Position numbers and translations under genes: made by a program
Part shown: piece after piece, positions 61,141 through 64,000 of the stretch
Layout of the letters: each line of letters opens with the position of its first letter
Numbering within the stretch: position 1 is the first letter of the stretch
Notes under the pieces: generated by a model
The model's input: only the letters and a program-made list of their open reading frames with translations
What the model was told of the DNA's origin: nothing
Database searches by the model: none
NCBI GenBank assembly: GCA_905178155.1
Contig: CAJINV010000003.1
Location: 3,379,600-3,443,599, forward strand
Source: Amoebophrya sp. A120
Lineage: Eukaryota > Protista > Dinoflagellata
DNA: 64,000 nt
Direction: 5' to 3'

Positions 61141-64000
61141 TCACGACTTGGCATCTTGTATGGACAGCAGCTGTGCGCGGATGCGGTCACGAGCGCGACG
61201 CAGCAGCATCGCTCGAAGACGGAAGAAGAGTTTCTTCTCGCCCCACGACTCGCGCAGAGCCTGCACGAAGGCCATGAACTCGCGTCGCTCCATTTCGCCT
61301 TTTGCGTTGGTGGCGTATCCCTTAAGCGAAAGCTCTGACAGCAGACTCCGGGTACTTGCACCAACCTCTTCGGTCAGTTTCCGCCCCCCACGGAAGTGAT
61401 CGTCCCGATTGTTGACATTTGCGCGACCGATCACAACATCGGGCGTCAATTCGTCGTCCAGGCCCGCGGGGTGCTGTTCTACCATGCTATGTTGTTGTCC
61501 AACAGCGCCGGCCTCCAGGTCGTGCAGCGTCGCGGCCGAAAACTCGGCGAGGGCCGGCTCCCACTCATTCCGGGCCAGGTAGCCTCTCCGTAGGTGGTCC
61601 AACTTTTCGTACAACAGAATCGCGAGGACCTGGTAACTTGGCCCGCGGTAAAAGTTCCGCAGCGCTGGCTGAAAGGCGGCGGCGCCCAAACCGAGCTCGC
61701 CGAGTGCACTCGGCGCGGGGCGGGAATTAGAAGGCGGCCGCGCGTTATTTATGGAGCGCTTTGATGTAGTTCCGTGGTGGAATTCGAAGCGGAATGTCTG
61801 CTGCACGATGCTGGCGGGATCATTCGGGTCCGAGCGATCTTCTGCTGTCGCAGGCAGAAAACCGGCGTCGTATTTCTCGTCCCGCTGTTTCCGACGCTCC
61901 TCGTTTTCGATCTCTTCCAGTACCGAAAGAACGTGTGCTGGCACAGTTTCCCCGTGTTCGTTTATGGTCGTGGCAATTAACTCCCCTGTTGCAGCAGTCG
62001 TGGTGCCCGGCAATGCTGCTGGAGCCGCTGAGTTAATATCATCCGCTGTTACTACACTAGCGATGCCGGCAGCTGCCCCCGCTGGTGGAGGAGAAACAAG
62101 TTCCGGCGGTGGCGGTATGAATGGACTATCGAGATCCTCAACTTCAACGCGGGGCATGCGCTCGCGCTTGCGAATCGGTCGCTTGTTACCTCCAAAAGCG
62201 GCAAGAGCTGCGAGACCCTTCATCTTCAGAAAGGGAGCCGCTTTACCAATCGCTTCTGTTCGTGGCGGAGCATAATTTCGCAAATTCTCTTCGGTGGGTG
62301 CTGCCGCAGCAAGAGGTTTTGGAAAAATGTCTTCTTGAGCAGGAGGGCGCGGAGCGCGCGGTTGTTCAATGTCCAAGCGATACGTAACCCACGAACAAGA
62401 AGTACCAGCAGGCATGGCCGGATGACTGGCCGCGGGGGCGGCTACACCGTAGTTTATTTTCGACGACGAGGGCTGCGGACTGGCAAAAAGGAAGAACCGT
62501 CGGTGCTTACTGGTCGGAAAGCCGAAGTGGATCGCACGGAGAGAGTTCGGGGCCGTGATCATGTTTCGGGGAAACTTTTCTACTGCGTAGGCTTTCTTGG
62601 GAACCAGTGCAGCCGCAGCTTTGTCCGCGAGCATTTTCTGTTGCTGGGAAGCCGCCGCCTCAATCGCTAGTGCCAGACTTGTGGCGGACGAAAGATTCAA
62701 GAAATTTCCGGGTGCGCTCGCCCGGGCCTCCGCTCGCGCCGCCAGCGCGCTGCCAGGCAGGGGACAGCCCGAGAACGCTCCCTTCCGCCACGCCAGGCCG
62801 CGCAAAGCCTCGAATTTGCGGCTCTGCCACTTGGTCCGCCAGCAAGTGTCTAGAATGCCTTCTTTCTCAATGGGGCCGTCTAACCACTCGATTTCGTCTT
62901 CCTCGTGCAGCAAGGTTTTCCCGCGTCCCTTGAACACGTACGTGTCGTCATTCAGCTTTTCGTTCAATTCCGGCGGTGGCCAGTCCAGATGATCCGAATT
63001 TTTGATGCGCAGTACCCAATTGGATGGCGGAACGGCTACCTGTGCGGGCACGACGGGCTCCTCTGGAGGAGCACCAACTGTGCCCGCCCCCGCGGCCGTG
63101 TCCTTTTTCTTGCCTCCTTTTTTCCCCTCGGAAGTAGACGACTCGGATTTATTTTGCTCATCTCCCTCTGCCTTTGCGTTGTCTTTTTCGTCACCTTGCT
63201 GACCTCCAGGGATTGCTCCTCCTTCTTCGCGCGGCAACCCGTCCTTGCCAAAGGAAACTTTTTTCTTCTTTTTCGACTTTTTCCCGTCCTCATCCGCTCC
63301 ATCATTGTCGTCCATTTCCGCCGCAACTGCCTTGGGCTTCTCGGCCGAGCCCGGTGGAGCTTCGTTAGTCATGGCCTCCAACTGAGCATCGATACCAACA
63401 GGTTTGCCGTCCCCATCATCTCCGAGGGCAAGCTGTTCGCGGATGTTCTTCAGCTTTCCAACGGCGCCCGAGAACTTTTTCTGCACATTCAGCCCGGTAT
63501 TGGGTTTCTCCAGATCCAGCTTCTCGCAGAGGGCCGTCTCAATGGCCCGCTGCAGGTCGCGAATTTTGCTGACCCGGGCGTCCCAGGTAAAACGATACTT
63601 CGACAGCCATTGAACGTGAGCCTGCGGCTTTGGTGGAGCGGCGACTTTCGGAACAATCTTTGGCAGTGAAGATTTGAAAGTTGTCAACGTCTGCGACATC
63701 ATCTTTTTCTTCTTGGCACTATCCTTTTTCTGCTTCTCCAAGGCGGTCGCTGAATCGTCATCGCTTTTCTTATCATTCCCCCCTGCGGTTCCGCCTTCTT
63801 CGCCAGAATTGTCTTGGGCTCCTGCACCTCGCTTCATGGCGCCTAGAACTCCACCCAGTTTCCGCTTGGCGCGCTTCCAGCTCGCCTTCGCTATGACTTC
63901 GACCGTCGTGGACTGCACTTCAGGCACGCCGGCAAGATCATCTCCCTCTTTTATTTCACCCTCGACGTCGCTGAGTTGTGCTTTCTGTTCCTCTGTAGCA
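61141..64000 (-). CDS. Large uncharacterised protein, 5'-partial
   Basis: The 928-aa ORF stays open in frame to the window edge. Lys/Ala/Pro-rich linkers alternate with short globular-looking segments. No confident domain. Confidence 0.75.
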   Translation of the reverse strand, partial: ATEEQKAQLSDVEGEIKEGDDLAGVPEVQSTTVEVIAKASWKRAKRKLGGVLGAMKRGAGAQDNSGEEGGTAGGNDKKSDDDSATALEKQKKDSAKKKKMMSQTLTTFKSSLPKIVPKVAAPPKPQAHVQWLSKYRFTWDARVSKIRDLQRAIETALCEKLDLEKPNTGLNVQKKFSGAVGKLKNIREQLALGDDGDGKPVGIDAQLEAMTNEAPPGSAEKPKAVAAEMDDNDGADEDGKKSKKKKKVSFGKDGLPREEGGAIPGGQQGDEKDNAKAEGDEQNKSESSTSEGKKGGKKKDTAAGAGTVGAPPEEPVVPAQVAVPPSNWVLRIKNSDHLDWPPPELNEKLNDDTYVFKGRGKTLLHEEDEIEWLDGPIEKEGILDTCWRTKWQSRKFEALRGLAWRKGAFSGCPLPGSALAARAEARASAPGNFLNLSSATSLALAIEAAASQQQKMLADKAAAALVPKKAYAVEKFPRNMITAPNSLRAIHFGFPTSKHRRFFLFASPQPSSSKINYGVAAPAASHPAMPAGTSCSWVTYRLDIEQPRAPRPPAQEDIFPKPLAAAAPTEENLRNYAPPRTEAIGKAAPFLKMKGLAALAAFGGNKRPIRKRERMPRVEVEDLDSPFIPPPPELVSPPPAGAAAGIASVVTADDINSAAPAALPGTTTAATGELIATTINEHGETVPAHVLSVLEEIENEERRKQRDEKYDAGFLPATAEDRSDPNDPASIVQQTFRFEFHHGTTSKRSINNARPPSNSRPAPSALGELGLGAAAFQPALRNFYRGPSYQVLAILLYEKLDHLRRGYLARNEWEPALAEFSAATLHDLEAGAVGQQHSMVEQHPAGLDDELTPDVVIGRANVNNRDDHFRGGRKLTEEVGASTRSLLSELSLKGYATNAKGEMERREFMAFVQALRESWGEKKLFFRLRAMLLRRARDRIRAQLLSIQDAKS

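Noticed and set aside
1-64000. Stop-codon reassignment, as reported for one Amoebophrya lineage
   Set aside because: Exons of 500-900 codons have no in-frame stops, and the ORF breaks I traced are explained by introns.
1-64000. Dinoflagellate spliced-leader relics, tRNA or rRNA genes
   Set aside because: No convincing match to CCGTAGCCATTTTGGCTCAAG or to structural RNA genes was seen by eye; a computational scan is still needed.

Overview
Eukaryotic, intron-rich, gene-dense DNA in which every credible protein-coding gene lies on the minus strand. That layout, together with invasive non-canonical introns, points by inference to a parasitic dinoflagellate (Syndiniales, Amoebophrya-like). Genes: two protein kinases, an RIIa/Dpy-30-like protein, an ankyrin protein, a tandem pair of ABHD4/5-like hydrolases, a Methyltransf_16 methyltransferase, an F-box/ApaG protein (FBXO3/SKIP16-like) and several long low-complexity or coiled-coil proteins. 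The main signal is a set of 14 miniature TIR elements (216-412 bp, one expanded to 755 bp) from at least four sequence families. All start TAT and end ATA, all sit between 5-bp target-site duplications (11 perfect, 3 degenerate), and all carry repeated TTGTCATGC-like motifs. Thirteen interrupt coding exons, and removing the element plus one TSD copy restores the reading frame in each case. No such precise removal gives GT-AG or GC-AG ends, and copies occur in both orientations. One insertion is present in one hydrolase paralog and absent from the other, and one carries a nested 419-bp insert with a 15-bp TSD. Introner elements are already known in Amoebophrya; the shared-terminus, orientation-independent and nested details are what merit follow-up. 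All coordinates were mapped by hand and exon boundaries are approximate unless stated.
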